DNA from: Candidatus Heimdallarchaeum aukensis
GTDB taxonomy: Archaea > Asgardarchaeota > Heimdallarchaeia > Heimdallarchaeales > Heimdallarchaeaceae
Direction of reading: 5' to 3'
DNA length: 64,000 nt
Assembly: GCA_021513695.1 (NCBI GenBank)
Contig: CP084166.1
Coordinates: 2,272,001-2,336,000 of the forward strand
Positions 27,258 through 37,662 of the stretch are shown piece by piece; the first letter of the stretch is position 1, and every line of letters starts with the position of its first letter. The notes beneath the pieces are model-generated. The model was not told the origin of the DNA, searched no databases, and saw only the letters and a program-made list of their open reading frames with translations. Position numbers and translations under genes: made by a program.

Positions 27258-28523
27258 TTGAATTACTCAAAGCGGTTTAATAATTGTCGAATGGCGGTTG
27301 TAACAATGAATAAAACTATACAAGAAACGCTTAAATGGTTTGAAAATGAAATTTCTTCTGAACTTGCTAAACCTAGAAAAACTGCTTCTAAGCACCTTGA
27401 TGTTATAAAAGATAGGGTAAATGATATTAAAGATACTTCAGAAAGATTTGATTATAGTGATGTTAACGATCCTGATGTTTATCAAAACTATGCTACATCA
27501 ATTTATAAGAAAACTTTAGAAAAAATGAATGAAATTGAATTTCCAGAAGTAATTACATATAAGAATATTGACGATTTTTATAATCGGACTTTAAATATCC
27601 TTAATTCATATATTGAAATTCTAGCGAAGTACTTAACTTGGCTTAAACGTGATCGTTCTTATAAAACTAGAGTTAAAAATTTAGATAGGGCAATTACTAG
27701 ATTACAGCAAGAATTGTATAAACTTAACACAAAAACACTTGATGAATACTTAGAATATGAAAAATATGAGAGCGTGATTGATGATTTAAACTATCTGCAG
27801 GAATTAATTAATAGAAAAAAAGAAATTGAAAATGAAATTGAATCTCACAAAGATGATATTGAGCGATTAGATAAAATCATTGCAGAAAAATCTCGTGAAA
27901 AAGAAGAATTAGAGGGTCACCCGGGTTTTGCACAGCTAAAAGAAAATAAGGCGAAACTTTCACAGATTGAACTTACTATCTCTTCCAAAGTTAATGAAAT
28001 TAAGAAATTATGCTCAAAAATACTTAAAGCTGCTGATACAAGAAAAGTTGAACTTGACGATTATACACGAGAGCTGATTAAATCTATTATCAAAAATCCG
28101 CTAGAAGAGCTTGTTAAGGAAACTGATGGATATCCTGGCATCAAAAGTATGTTAAAAGAAGTTAGAAAGATTAGTGAATCACCAAATATTCAAATGAAAA
28201 AGGAGAAACTAGAAAAAGCTTTTAACAATATGGAGGAAATTCTAAACGATAGTTTACTTGACCTACAAAAAGAAGCTAAATTTTTACTAAAACAAACACA
28301 AGCTATTGAAGAGAAATTCGCTGAATTAGAAATTGATCGGAAAATATCCAAATTAAAACGTGAAATTGAAGACCTAAAAATAGATAAAGATAGAATAACA
28401 TTAGCTCAACGACGCGAATTAGCTGAAATAGAAAAAGAAGTAAACAATCTTTATGAAGATTTAATGAAACGTATAGAAGAATATACTGGAAAACACGTAA
28501 ATATTCTCTTAGAAGCCACTTGA
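27258..28523 (+). CDS. Long coiled-coil protein (hypothetical)
   Basis: 421-aa ORF dominated by K/E/L heptads. True start possibly MNKT at ~27306. Confidence 0.5.
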   Translation: MNYSKRFNNCRMAVVTMNKTIQETLKWFENEISSELAKPRKTASKHLDVIKDRVNDIKDTSERFDYSDVNDPDVYQNYATSIYKKTLEKMNEIEFPEVITYKNIDDFYNRTLNILNSYIEILAKYLTWLKRDRSYKTRVKNLDRAITRLQQELYKLNTKTLDEYLEYEKYESVIDDLNYLQELINRKKEIENEIESHKDDIERLDKIIAEKSREKEELEGHPGFAQLKENKAKLSQIELTISSKVNEIKKLCSKILKAADTRKVELDDYTRELIKSIIKNPLEELVKETDGYPGIKSMLKEVRKISESPNIQMKKEKLEKAFNNMEEILNDSLLDLQKEAKFLLKQTQAIEEKFAELEIDRKISKLKREIEDLKIDKDRITLAQRRELAEIEKEVNNLYEDLMKRIEEYTGKHVNILLEAT

Positions 28524-28694
28524 TTAATAGCTTTTTTTTTTATTTTTTATAAAGAAATGATATTGCAATTATCAACACAATTTTTAAATGATATGACTAA
28601 ATGATATAAGATAGTAAACATAGAACAACATTTAATATGTTTAACATCATTTAGCATATTAAGGATATGTAAATATATTTGAGGAGAATCAACT

Positions 28695-28994
28695 ATGATT
28701 TCACAAAAACAATTTGAAGAAACTCTGAAAAAGTTAGAAAGCCATCCCAGTGTAAGGGGCGTTATAATAACAAGTAATGATGGCTTACCTATCTCTAGTA
28801 CAAAAAATCTTTCAATAGAAATGCGAGAAAATGTTTCAGCATTAGTAGCTTCATTGGTTGGAAGAGCTAAAGCTGTGGTTAGCGAACTAGAAGAAGGAGA
28901 CTTGAATTTCTTTACTTTAGACACAACAAAGGGTGAGATTCTTGTCGCTCCAGAACAGGATTATGTGTTAATCGTTTTACGTAATAAGCAATAA
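28695..28994 (+). CDS. Roadblock/LC7 (MglB-like) domain protein
   Basis: 99 aa. SD GAGGAG upstream. [14 protein letters not shown]...ALVASLVG...[15 protein letters not shown] is the canonical roadblock pattern. Confidence 0.7.
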   Translation: MISQKQFEETLKKLESHPSVRGVIITSNDGLPISSTKNLSIEMRENVSALVASLVGRAKAVVSELEEGDLNFFTLDTTKGEILVAPEQDYVLIVLRNKQ

Positions 28995-29065
28995 TAGAGT
29001 CATCATTAGTAGAAATTATATATAAAAGAAATAGGTTTCATTAAACAACGGAAGAGAGAGTTAGA

Positions 29066-29632
29066 ATGAGAAAAGATGCCTCAGGAAAGCAACACTTTAA
29101 GATAGTGTTTGTTGGACCTAGTTTAGCTGGAAAAACAACTTTACTTAGAAGACTCCATTCTGATGTCACAGGAATAAAAAAAGGTGGATTAAACAGTATA
29201 GAAGATCCTTCAGGAAGAACAATTTACTTTGATTTCTCACCTTTTATGGCGACATCAAATGTCATTTTGGATATTTACACAGTGGCTGGTCAAAAAAGGC
29301 ATAGACACCAAAGGGCGTTAGTTTTGAAGGGTGTTGACGGTCTCTTGTTTGTTGCAGATTCTTCAAGAGCGATGTTGGCCGATAATGTCGAATCAGCAGA
29401 AGAATTGAAAAAAGAACTTGGAGACAAATTAAACAATGAGATTCCACTAGTTATAGTTCTAAATAAACGTGATTTGCCAGATGCAATGGATAAACGAGAG
29501 TTAATCGATGCTTTAAATCTTGGAACAAATTTACCAGTTTACGAAACAATCGCCACAGAAGGTATAGGTGTTAAACGCGCTTTTCAGTCCCTAGCTAGAG
29601 AAGTTTTATTAAAACAAGTTTATAACATGTAG
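29066..29632 (+). CDS. Small Ras-superfamily GTPase (MglA/Arf/Rag-like), cognate of the upstream roadblock protein
   Basis: G1 GPSLAGKTT; switch I Thr; G3 DIYTVAGQ; G4 LNKRDL; G5 TIATEG. Confidence 0.8.
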   Translation: MRKDASGKQHFKIVFVGPSLAGKTTLLRRLHSDVTGIKKGGLNSIEDPSGRTIYFDFSPFMATSNVILDIYTVAGQKRHRHQRALVLKGVDGLLFVADSSRAMLADNVESAEELKKELGDKLNNEIPLVIVLNKRDLPDAMDKRELIDALNLGTNLPVYETIATEGIGVKRAFQSLAREVLLKQVYNM

Positions 29633-29653
29633 GAATAATCGTCACATAATAAG

Positions 29654-30994
29654 ATGAACTTGGAGAACAATTTTTTAACCTTTTTTTTAGCTTGTAAATA
29701 TCGTTTTAAAAATTTAAAAGGAGAAAAGCTTCAAAGATATCAAGAAAATCGGTTGAAGAAAATTGTTGATTATAGTGTAAAAAATTCTCCTTTTTTTAAG
29801 AGGTATTATTCTAATTACAACATTAATGATGTTTTCAATTTACCGACTGTAAATAAACATATAATGATGGAAAACCTATCAGAGTATAACACAGTTGGTT
29901 TTACAAAAGAAGAATTAATCAATTTCTGTTTGGAAGTGGAAAGGTCTAGGGACTTTTCTAAGAGATATAAAAAGTATAATGTTGCTATGTCTTCTGGAAC
30001 AAGCGGAAATAAAGGAATTGTAATAACTAGTCCAAAAGAAGAACGATATCTTAAAGCAGCTTTTTTTGCACGATTCCCTTTTCCTAGAACCTTGAAATTA
30101 AATATCGCTTTTATTTTGAGGGTTAGTACTCCTGCATTTAACATTAATAAATTTGGACAGAAACTCACCCATTTCAGTTTGCTTGATCCCCTAGAAGAAA
30201 TAGTAGAAAATCTAAACTCGCTTCAACCAAATATTCTCTCTGCTCCTCCTTCAATGCTCAATCTTCTTGCGGACGAGTACAGTGAGGGAAAGTTATGCAT
30301 TAAACCAAAAAAAATTATCTCTTATGCTGAAATCTTATATCCCGATATTAGAAAAAAAGTTGAAGAAACTTTTGGTATTAGAATTGATGAAATCTACCAA
30401 GCAAGTGAAGGCCCAATCGCTATGACTTGTAAACATGGATCATTACACATAAATGAAGACCTACTTGTTTTACAAACTCTAAACGAAGATGGTAGTCCAA
30501 CAGAAAAAGGAGAACTTTGCCACAAACTTATTGTATCTGATTTATATAAAACATCTCAACCCATAATCCGCTTTGAACTTAACGATATGATTAGAATAAG
30601 AGCTGAAAAATGTACTTGCGGTTCTGGATTTAGAATAATCGATGAAATTGTAGGGCGAACTGATGATTTATTAATTGGGGTTAATTCATCTACTGGTCAG
30701 GTTCATTACATTTTTCCTGATTATATACGCAGAGCTATTATCTCTTCTTCTGAGCAAGTAATCGAGTATCAAGCAATTCAAACCAGTAAAAACAGATTAG
30801 AAATTTCAATTCAATTATCAAAAGATAAAGACGAATTCCAAAACATCAAATCAGTTATCAAAAGAGCTGTAGAACAAGTTTTCAAAACTTACAATTGTGA
30901 GATTCCTGATGTTACAGTGAAAATTAGTCAATCTCAACTTCATCCAGTTTCTAAGAAGTTAATACGCATTCAACGAAAGTTTTCTATTGCTTGA
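29654..30994 (+). CDS. Adenylate-forming enzyme of the phenylacetate-CoA ligase (PaaK/F390 synthetase) family
   Basis: PaaK-type AMP-binding motif MSSGTSGNKG, YQASEGP (Y-x-S/T-E-G), and a C-terminal GRTDD. Confidence 0.7.
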   Translation: MNLENNFLTFFLACKYRFKNLKGEKLQRYQENRLKKIVDYSVKNSPFFKRYYSNYNINDVFNLPTVNKHIMMENLSEYNTVGFTKEELINFCLEVERSRDFSKRYKKYNVAMSSGTSGNKGIVITSPKEERYLKAAFFARFPFPRTLKLNIAFILRVSTPAFNINKFGQKLTHFSLLDPLEEIVENLNSLQPNILSAPPSMLNLLADEYSEGKLCIKPKKIISYAEILYPDIRKKVEETFGIRIDEIYQASEGPIAMTCKHGSLHINEDLLVLQTLNEDGSPTEKGELCHKLIVSDLYKTSQPIIRFELNDMIRIRAEKCTCGSGFRIIDEIVGRTDDLLIGVNSSTGQVHYIFPDYIRRAIISSSEQVIEYQAIQTSKNRLEISIQLSKDKDEFQNIKSVIKRAVEQVFKTYNCEIPDVTVKISQSQLHPVSKKLIRIQRKFSIA

Positions 30995-31046
30995 AGATTA
31001 ACTCTTCTCTTTAAACTTTATATACGAGAGCATTAATTTTCCTTTT

Positions 31047-32309
31047 ATGCGCCGTTATTTATCTATAGATTTTCTTCGAGGGTTAGGCATATTTTTTGTT
31101 GTGTTATTACATCAGCTTGTGTTTCATTACACTAATATTATTGAAGCAATTGAAAATCCCAACATTATTGTAATAATAGTAGGTTTTCTTTTAGAATTTG
31201 GAGGATTATTTGTTATAATCTCATCTATGGCGCATACGGTAACCAACTATGGAAGATTGAGAGACAATACTCAATCTCTCAGAAATATCTTAACTAGTTC
31301 AATTTTTTATGGATTCTTTTTCTTAATAATGAATTACATTTATTTCCTTATTTTTGCTCCTGGTCTATTAGACAGAGGTGTGGGAGAATTCAGAATGTCT
31401 ATTATTCCCGCTTTAATAAGGAAAGGAGTTTTTGTTCCTCCTGACATTGATCGTTATTTCCACGCAACTATTTTGGGAATCATTGGTTGGAGTATAATCT
31501 TTGTGAATATAGTTCTTTATTTCATATTTAGGAAAAATGGTTTACAAAAAGTTAAACGAAATATAATAATCATGTTTACCATAGGGACTCTATTTACAGT
31601 AGCAGGATTATCTCGAATATATCTTTATCCCGTATTTAACGGACTTGTTGACAATTCAAATTATTTTTCTGCGATTTTCCTTGGATTTTTAGTAAATAAT
31701 TATTATCCAATTTTTCCTTATCTTGGGTTCGCTTTCTATGGTTCTATGATAGGGTTAGCAATAGTGTATGAAGAATATAAAAAATATTACTGGAAGTTCT
31801 TTTTTGTTCTTGGTTTTTTCTGGTTAATATTAGGTGTTGCTGGTTATGTCTCTTTTGAAGATACAATGCTTGAGCGAGCTGTTGATATGCATGCTGTTTC
31901 TTTTGAAGCACTAATGTTAGGTATTTTTATTCTGTTATTTCAACTATTCTTTAAACTCATTGATCAAAATGGAGATGATGTTAGCCCAAAAAAAGAAAAA
32001 ACTACTCGTTTCTTTAGAAGATTTGGTGTTGTTTCATTTACAATTTTTATGTTTGAAACTACCTTCTCTGAACTGATCGGAAAAGTATTCGATTTAGTTT
32101 GGGCTGGCTGGAACACAGAAATGTGGTCATGTTTTATATTTTCATTTACAAATCTGATTCTTTGGACAATTATTATTGTTTTATGGGAAAAAACGGGATT
32201 TAAATATGGGTTAGAATGGATGACTGGAAAGATCCTCTATTTACTAGTAAAACGCCCTTCTACAAAAATCTATTTGAAGCAAATTCTATATTTAGAGGAA
32301 ACAAAATAA
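31047..32309 (+). CDS. Polytopic membrane protein, acyltransferase-3/DUF1624 (HGSNAT-like) family candidate
   Basis: N-terminal R...SIDFLRGLGIFFVVLLH signature of the acyltransferase_3/DUF1624 family. ~10 predicted TM helices. Confidence 0.45.
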   Translation: MRRYLSIDFLRGLGIFFVVLLHQLVFHYTNIIEAIENPNIIVIIVGFLLEFGGLFVIISSMAHTVTNYGRLRDNTQSLRNILTSSIFYGFFFLIMNYIYFLIFAPGLLDRGVGEFRMSIIPALIRKGVFVPPDIDRYFHATILGIIGWSIIFVNIVLYFIFRKNGLQKVKRNIIIMFTIGTLFTVAGLSRIYLYPVFNGLVDNSNYFSAIFLGFLVNNYYPIFPYLGFAFYGSMIGLAIVYEEYKKYYWKFFFVLGFFWLILGVAGYVSFEDTMLERAVDMHAVSFEALMLGIFILLFQLFFKLIDQNGDDVSPKKEKTTRFFRRFGVVSFTIFMFETTFSELIGKVFDLVWAGWNTEMWSCFIFSFTNLILWTIIIVLWEKTGFKYGLEWMTGKILYLLVKRPSTKIYLKQILYLEETK

Positions 32310-32356
32310 TACTTTTTTCTACCCCTATTATGTAACAAACAATTAATTAACAGGCA

Positions 32357-32833
32357 ATGAGAACTTTTTTTAGATTGAGAATGAGTTTAAAAACAAGTTT
32401 CTACTGCTATGGACATAAAAATGTTTTATGTAAGCATTTAACTACACTTGAATTTACTACAGATGACTTTCTTACATTAAGAGGTGACTGTATAATAGGA
32501 ATAAGATCCAACATGAGTTTGTTTTCACTACCAGAAAAAATGAAACAATTTATCAGAAATGATAATACAAAAATAATTGTCAAGATGGAAGTTGACGATT
32601 TAGTTGAAGAAGTAATAGGCTATGGAAATTCAAAGCTGGAATTATCAGACACACATGCAATGATTATTAGAAAAAGCTCTTACACATGTTCAAGGACTTT
32701 AATGATAGGTGCAAATAAGGCTGCAATTGATATTTCAAGAGAGATTGTTCAAAAAATGAAAAACCCTGATTCTAAAATGAGGGTCACAATTCAAGTGTTT
32801 CCTGCAGATAATAGAAGATCAATACACGCATGA
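32357..32833 (+). CDS. Hypothetical protein (possible DUF371-like)
   Basis: 158-aa ORF. 3' end overlaps the convergent trm5 by ~43 nt. Confidence 0.35.
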   Translation: MRTFFRLRMSLKTSFYCYGHKNVLCKHLTTLEFTTDDFLTLRGDCIIGIRSNMSLFSLPEKMKQFIRNDNTKIIVKMEVDDLVEEVIGYGNSKLELSDTHAMIIRKSSYTCSRTLMIGANKAAIDISREIVQKMKNPDSKMRVTIQVFPADNRRSIHA

Positions 32834-33864
32834 ATCTCATGTGGAGCACTTTCTCTTATTTTTTGAAAGTGAAGAATTTGCTTTATTCTCCAATTTGTTT
32901 TACTTAACTCGTTTTTTACTAAATTGTAGAGGTCATTTCTTCCTGTTTCATCTTTGACAAAAGAATAAAAGTGTAGAATTGTTCCTTCTTTAAAAATTTG
33001 TGAAGCTAATTGTAGAAATTGGATGGACGTTTTTGGTAAATTCATAATGACTCTGTCGGTTTTAGGTAGGTTGTCTATAATTTCTCTAATATCACCTACA
33101 ATTGGGTAAATTTTTCCTTTAAGTTTGTTTAGTGAAATTGATTTCTTAAGGCAATCAATAGCTTTTTGGTTAATATCTATTCCATAAATAGTAGCTTTTG
33201 TTTTTTTGGCTATATGAAGAGGAAAAGGACCTGTACTTGTAAACATGTCTACAACAATTTCTCCCTCTTTGACTAAATTTGCTATTCGATTATGTTCGTC
33301 TCCTAACCTGGGACTAAAATATGTTTTTTCTACATCTACAAATATTCTTATTCCATATTCTTTATGAATTGTTTCGGTTTTTTTTTCGCCAAATAAATGT
33401 TCAATTTTTCTGAGTCTGTATTCACCTGAGACAGCAGAAGTTTTTCTATAAACACTTTTTATTGAAGGAAAGAGGTTACAAAGCATCTTTCCAATTTCAT
33501 GTTTAAAAGGTGAAAGCGTTTCATCAAATTCGATAATTGCGATGTCACCAATTTGATCAAACGATTTTGGGATAAAATCCACCATATTATTTGGAATAAC
33601 ATTTTTTAAAGCTTCAGCAAGGCTTTTTGGTTTTTGTCTTTTTTTCTTAAAGAAAAATTCTACTATCTCTCCTTGCTCTTTTAGTGGAAAATCATTGATG
33701 AAGGCTTTTTTTTTATCAAGATTTATTTTTAATGGAAAAAAAAGATAGTCTTCTTGTTTTGAAATTTTAAAATTAAAATCCAAATAATTGTTATTAATTA
33801 ACCATTTTCTAGTCTGTTCTCCATATGAACAATGAATTTTTAATGCAATGGAACGAACAGACAT
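32791..33864 (-). CDS. trm5: tRNA (guanine37-N1)-methyltransferase Trm5 (Trm5/Tyw2 family)
   Basis: FDQIGDIAII, YFSPRLGDEHNRI (NPPY-like loop), DMFTSTGPFPL (SAM motif), and NLP. Confidence 0.75.
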   Translation of the reverse strand: MSVRSIALKIHCSYGEQTRKWLINNNYLDFNFKISKQEDYLFFPLKINLDKKKAFINDFPLKEQGEIVEFFFKKKRQKPKSLAEALKNVIPNNMVDFIPKSFDQIGDIAIIEFDETLSPFKHEIGKMLCNLFPSIKSVYRKTSAVSGEYRLRKIEHLFGEKKTETIHKEYGIRIFVDVEKTYFSPRLGDEHNRIANLVKEGEIVVDMFTSTGPFPLHIAKKTKATIYGIDINQKAIDCLKKSISLNKLKGKIYPIVGDIREIIDNLPKTDRVIMNLPKTSIQFLQLASQIFKEGTILHFYSFVKDETGRNDLYNLVKNELSKTNWRIKQILHFQKIRESAPHEIHACIDLLLSAGNT

Positions 33865-34023
33865 ACTTTGCTTTCATTTTGTTTTTTTATAAATTTATTT
33901 TTATAGAATGAATTTTTTCTTTTTTATGCGTAAAGAAAAGAAAAAGTGAGAACCAACAAGCGATAAGAGTTTTTATACTAAATTAGCTTACGAAAAATAT
34001 AGCTAATAAAGACAGAATAATTA

Positions 34024-34455
34024 TTATTGTTTAATCTTTTCTTTTTTGACTACTTTGATTTCATCAATTTCTGTAACAGGATACTGTCCATCTTTATCTT
34101 TTTCTAGATATTTTACCATATCCCAGATTGTTGAAAGGAAAATACTTACTCCTACAACTGCTTCCATTTCTACTCCTGTCCGAGCAACAGTCTTTACTGT
34201 TACCTCTACAATTATCTCCTCTTCTTTAATCTCATGATTAAAATCAACGTGTGTTATTGGTATTTGATGACACATAGGAATTAGTTCAGGAGTACGTTTA
34301 ATTGCTTGCATAGCTGCAATTTTTCCTACAACTAATGGGTCACCTTTTTTTATTGTGCGTTCATTTATTTGTTTTATAGTTTCTTTTTTAAGTTGTATTT
34401 TTCCTCTAGCTGTAGCGATCCTGGTAATATGATTTTTATTACTTATATCAATCAT
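34024..34455 (-). CDS. moaC: Cyclic pyranopterin monophosphate synthase MoaC
   Basis: MIDISNK...KGDPLVVGKIAAMQAIKRTPELIPMCHQIPITHVD signature. Start assigned to the internal Met, giving an 8-nt overlap with moaA. Confidence 0.85.
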   Translation of the reverse strand: MIDISNKNHITRIATARGKIQLKKETIKQINERTIKKGDPLVVGKIAAMQAIKRTPELIPMCHQIPITHVDFNHEIKEEEIIVEVTVKTVARTGVEMEAVVGVSIFLSTIWDMVKYLEKDKDGQYPVTEIDEIKVVKKEKIKQ

Positions 34456-35350
34456 AGAAATTTTTTCCTTTGACAAAAAAGGGTCTCCTCCTTTCCATTG
34501 CTTTTTTAAGAGATTTCTCAATATCTTCTTCTATTGGAACTAGGTTGTCAATTCTGTATAAACATGGTTGAAATTGAAAATCGTTTGTTACACGTAAAGT
34601 CTTACAATTCATGCAGAAATTGGTGTTGTGAACTGGATTAACTATTTCTATTTTTGCACCGTTTGGGAGAGTATACTGTTTTCTATGATGTAAATCTCTT
34701 ATTTTTATTTCAACCGCTTCTTTTTCTAATTTTGAAGCAAGATCTTTTAGACTAACATGAAATTTGTTAAAGTATTCTTTGTCTAAATCGATTAATTCAA
34801 TGATTTGCAACATAACATCCTTTTCTGCAGCAAAATTAATCATAGGTTCAATCTCATTCTCATTTATGCCCTTTAGTAAAACCATGTTTAGTTTGATAGG
34901 TGTCAAACCTATTTCTTGTGCAATTGTAATTTGCTTGTCTATTGACTTTAATGATTTATACGAAGGGTTGTAGTGATATGAGTCACAACTGATGTTTACC
35001 CTATCTAAACCTGCTTCTTTTAGCTGTTCTGCATATTTTTCTAATAGAAGTCCATTTGTTGTCATAGATAAATCTTCAATTTTTGGGTGCGATGAAAAAA
35101 TTTTTACTATGTCAACAATTTGGGGGTGAATTAAAGGCTCTCCACCCGTAATTTTTATGCTTGATATTGAATACTTGTCAATAATCGACAAAAGTTTTTT
35201 TATTTGATCAAGAGTTAATTTATTAGAATTATGTGAAGAAAAACCTTCATTGTGGCAATAAGGGCAGTTTAGGTTACAACTAGAAATAACAGAAACTCTT
35301 AATCTTGTTATCTCTCTATTGTATTTATCTATTAGTTTTATAATGATCAC
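34448..35350 (-). CDS. moaA: GTP 3',8-cyclase MoaA (radical SAM)
   Basis: Radical SAM CNLNCPYCHNEG. GxE motif ITGGEPLIHP. Archaeal short-form MoaA length. Confidence 0.85.
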   Translation of the reverse strand: MIIIKLIDKYNREITRLRVSVISSCNLNCPYCHNEGFSSHNSNKLTLDQIKKLLSIIDKYSISSIKITGGEPLIHPQIVDIVKIFSSHPKIEDLSMTTNGLLLEKYAEQLKEAGLDRVNISCDSYHYNPSYKSLKSIDKQITIAQEIGLTPIKLNMVLLKGINENEIEPMINFAAEKDVMLQIIELIDLDKEYFNKFHVSLKDLASKLEKEAVEIKIRDLHHRKQYTLPNGAKIEIVNPVHNTNFCMNCKTLRVTNDFQFQPCLYRIDNLVPIEEDIEKSLKKAMERRRPFFVKGKNFYD

Positions 35351-35353
35351 CTG

Positions 35354-35800
35354 TTATTTAATAACCTCTATTTTATCGTCAACAGAGATGGTTCCTGTTT
35401 TTATAACTTTAGTAAATATTCCTTCTTTTGGCATAATACAATTTCCCACTAACTTCCTTATTTCACAGCCATGATGGCACTCTTTTCCGATTTGAGTAAC
35501 TTCTAAAACTACATTATTTATCTTTATTTTTGTTCCAATTGGTAGTTCATGAAGTGATATACCTTCTGTCGTTATATTTTCAGCAAAATCACCGTAGTTA
35601 AGGGATAAACCTTGTTTTTTCATCTTGTCAATACTTTCTTTTGCTAAAAGAGAAACTTGTCTGTGCCAATCTCCAGCGTGAGAATCCCCTTTTAATCCAG
35701 TTTGGGTAATTTCACAGCTGTACACATTAGTTTTTTTTGTTCCTTTTCTTTCACTAATATTTACAGCTTTAACCCTTCCTATCATTTCAATAAAAAGCAC
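35354..35800 (-). CDS. MOSC-domain protein (Moco sulfurase C-terminal-like)
   Basis: 148 aa with the GDSHAGDWHRQVSLL and conserved Cys (ECHHGCE) pattern of the MOSC beta-barrel. Confidence 0.65.
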   Translation of the reverse strand: MLFIEMIGRVKAVNISERKGTKKTNVYSCEITQTGLKGDSHAGDWHRQVSLLAKESIDKMKKQGLSLNYGDFAENITTEGISLHELPIGTKIKINNVVLEVTQIGKECHHGCEIRKLVGNCIMPKEGIFTKVIKTGTISVDDKIEVIK

Positions 35801-35905
35801 CTATGTTCTTTTTTAAATATTTACTATTTACACTTTTACTTGTAGAGACAGAGAGAATCCTTGCCATTTGTTAAAATTTATAAAAGGAGAGACGACAATC
35901 AAAGT

Positions 35906-37114
35906 ATGAGACCCTTTAAAAGATTAATTAGTTTAGATGAAGCTTTAAGAATTCTAGATGAAAATACAACTCCATTATCTGAAACGGAAACTGTTTCTAT
36001 CTTTGAATTATTAGGTAGAGTTTCTGCACAAGATGTCATTGCTGACCTAAATATTCCCCCATTTAACAGATCAGCAATGGATGGTTTTGCTGTGAAAGCA
36101 TCCTCAACTTTTTTGGCTTCTGATAGAAATCCTGTGTATTTGGAGTGTATAGATAAAATACTAGCGGGTGACGTTCCGCATAAAGAAATAAATGAAAATG
36201 AGTGCATTGAAATCGCAACAGGAGCAATGCTTCCTAGTTCTGCAGATGCTGTAGTTCCAGTGGAATATACTAATAGAGAAGGAAATAAAATTGAAATTAT
36301 CAAAAGTTTTCCTCCTAACGCTAACGTTTCCTTAGAAGGTGTTGACATTAAAAAAGGAGAAAAAGTTATTGAAAAGGGAATGGTTCTAGTTCCAGGAAGA
36401 ATAGGTGTGTTAGCTGCCTTAAATATCTCTTCTTTAGAAGTTTACCGGAAACCAAAGGTTGCAATTATTCCAACAGGAAGAGAGATTGCTCCTTTAGGTG
36501 GAGAATTAAAATTAGGACAAGTCTATGACATTAATACTTATACAATTACCTCTTTAATAAAAGATATTGGTGGAGAACCAATTGTTTTTGATATTGTAGA
36601 AGATAAATTCGAAGATCTGGAAAAAGCAATTTTAGAAGCATTAGAAAAAGCAGATTTAGTTTTGATACTAGGCGGAAGTTCTGTTGGAGAGAGAGACATT
36701 AACATTGACGTATTAGAAAAACATGGTACTATACTTTTTCACGGAATTCAACTTAAACCAGGAAAACCGAATTTATGTGCAAAAATTAATGGAAAATTAG
36801 TTTTAAATCTTGCAGGTTATCCTACGTCTTGTCTTACTAATGGCTATATTATCGTTTCTCCAGTTTTAAAGAAAATGGCTCGCCTTCCTCAAAGACCAAA
36901 ACAGAAAATCAAAGCAAAGTTAGGAAGAAAAATTGTTTCAAACCTTGGAAGACATCAGTTTTTCACTGTACGTTTAGAAGGTGATATCGCCTATCCCGCA
37001 TTCAAAGAATCTGGTGCAATTACAAGTATTGCTTTAGCTGATGGTTATATTGAAATCCCCTATAATGTAGATTTGATTGAAGAAGGGGCAGAAGTTGAAG
37101 TAACATTATTTTAG
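35906..37114 (+). CDS. moeA: Molybdopterin molybdenumtransferase MoeA
   Basis: LDEALRIL...TETVSIFELLGRVSAQDV, GAMLPSSADAVVPVE, and a MoCF-binding domain (GGSSVGERD). ATG 35906 preferred over the upstream TTG 35861. Confidence 0.85.
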   Translation: MRPFKRLISLDEALRILDENTTPLSETETVSIFELLGRVSAQDVIADLNIPPFNRSAMDGFAVKASSTFLASDRNPVYLECIDKILAGDVPHKEINENECIEIATGAMLPSSADAVVPVEYTNREGNKIEIIKSFPPNANVSLEGVDIKKGEKVIEKGMVLVPGRIGVLAALNISSLEVYRKPKVAIIPTGREIAPLGGELKLGQVYDINTYTITSLIKDIGGEPIVFDIVEDKFEDLEKAILEALEKADLVLILGGSSVGERDINIDVLEKHGTILFHGIQLKPGKPNLCAKINGKLVLNLAGYPTSCLTNGYIIVSPVLKKMARLPQRPKQKIKAKLGRKIVSNLGRHQFFTVRLEGDIAYPAFKESGAITSIALADGYIEIPYNVDLIEEGAEVEVTLF

Positions 37115-37122
37115 TGATTAAA

Positions 37123-37650
37123 ATGAATGAAACTCCCAAAGAGAAACATACGGTTAACAAAAACATTTCAATAAATGTTCAGCTTATAATGGTAAGTGAT
37201 TCTTTATCTAAAGCAGATGATATAACTAGAAAAAGAAACGATAAATCTGGAAATATAGCTAAAGATATGCTTGAAAAAGCAGGGATTTCTCCAGGAACTA
37301 TAATTTATGTAGAGGATAGCCTTGCAGAAATTCAGAAAAAAATAAAGCTAGCAGTTGAAGAAGGCAAAAATTTTATTATAACTATGGGTGGAACCGGAAT
37401 TAGCTCACGAGACGTAACTATTGAAGCAGTAAAACCTTTATTAACAAAACAGCTAGATGGTTTTGGAGAACTCTTCCGATCTCTAACATTTGAACAAGTA
37501 GGTACAGTTTCAATAATGACCCGTGCACTTGCAGGAATAATAAAACAATCACTTGTTGTTTCTCTCCCAGGTTCTCCAAATGCAGTTAAATTAGGAATAG
37601 ATATTATCTTAAAAGAGCTGATGCATATATTGAATTTAATTAGTAGATAG
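37123..37650 (+). CDS. moaB: Molybdenum cofactor biosynthesis protein MoaB/MogA
   Basis: ITMGGTGISSRDVTIEA and GSPNAV motifs. An upstream in-frame GTG at 37114 is possible. Confidence 0.8.
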   Translation: MNETPKEKHTVNKNISINVQLIMVSDSLSKADDITRKRNDKSGNIAKDMLEKAGISPGTIIYVEDSLAEIQKKIKLAVEEGKNFIITMGGTGISSRDVTIEAVKPLLTKQLDGFGELFRSLTFEQVGTVSIMTRALAGIIKQSLVVSLPGSPNAVKLGIDIILKELMHILNLISR

Positions 37651-37662
37651 TGAGATGAATAA

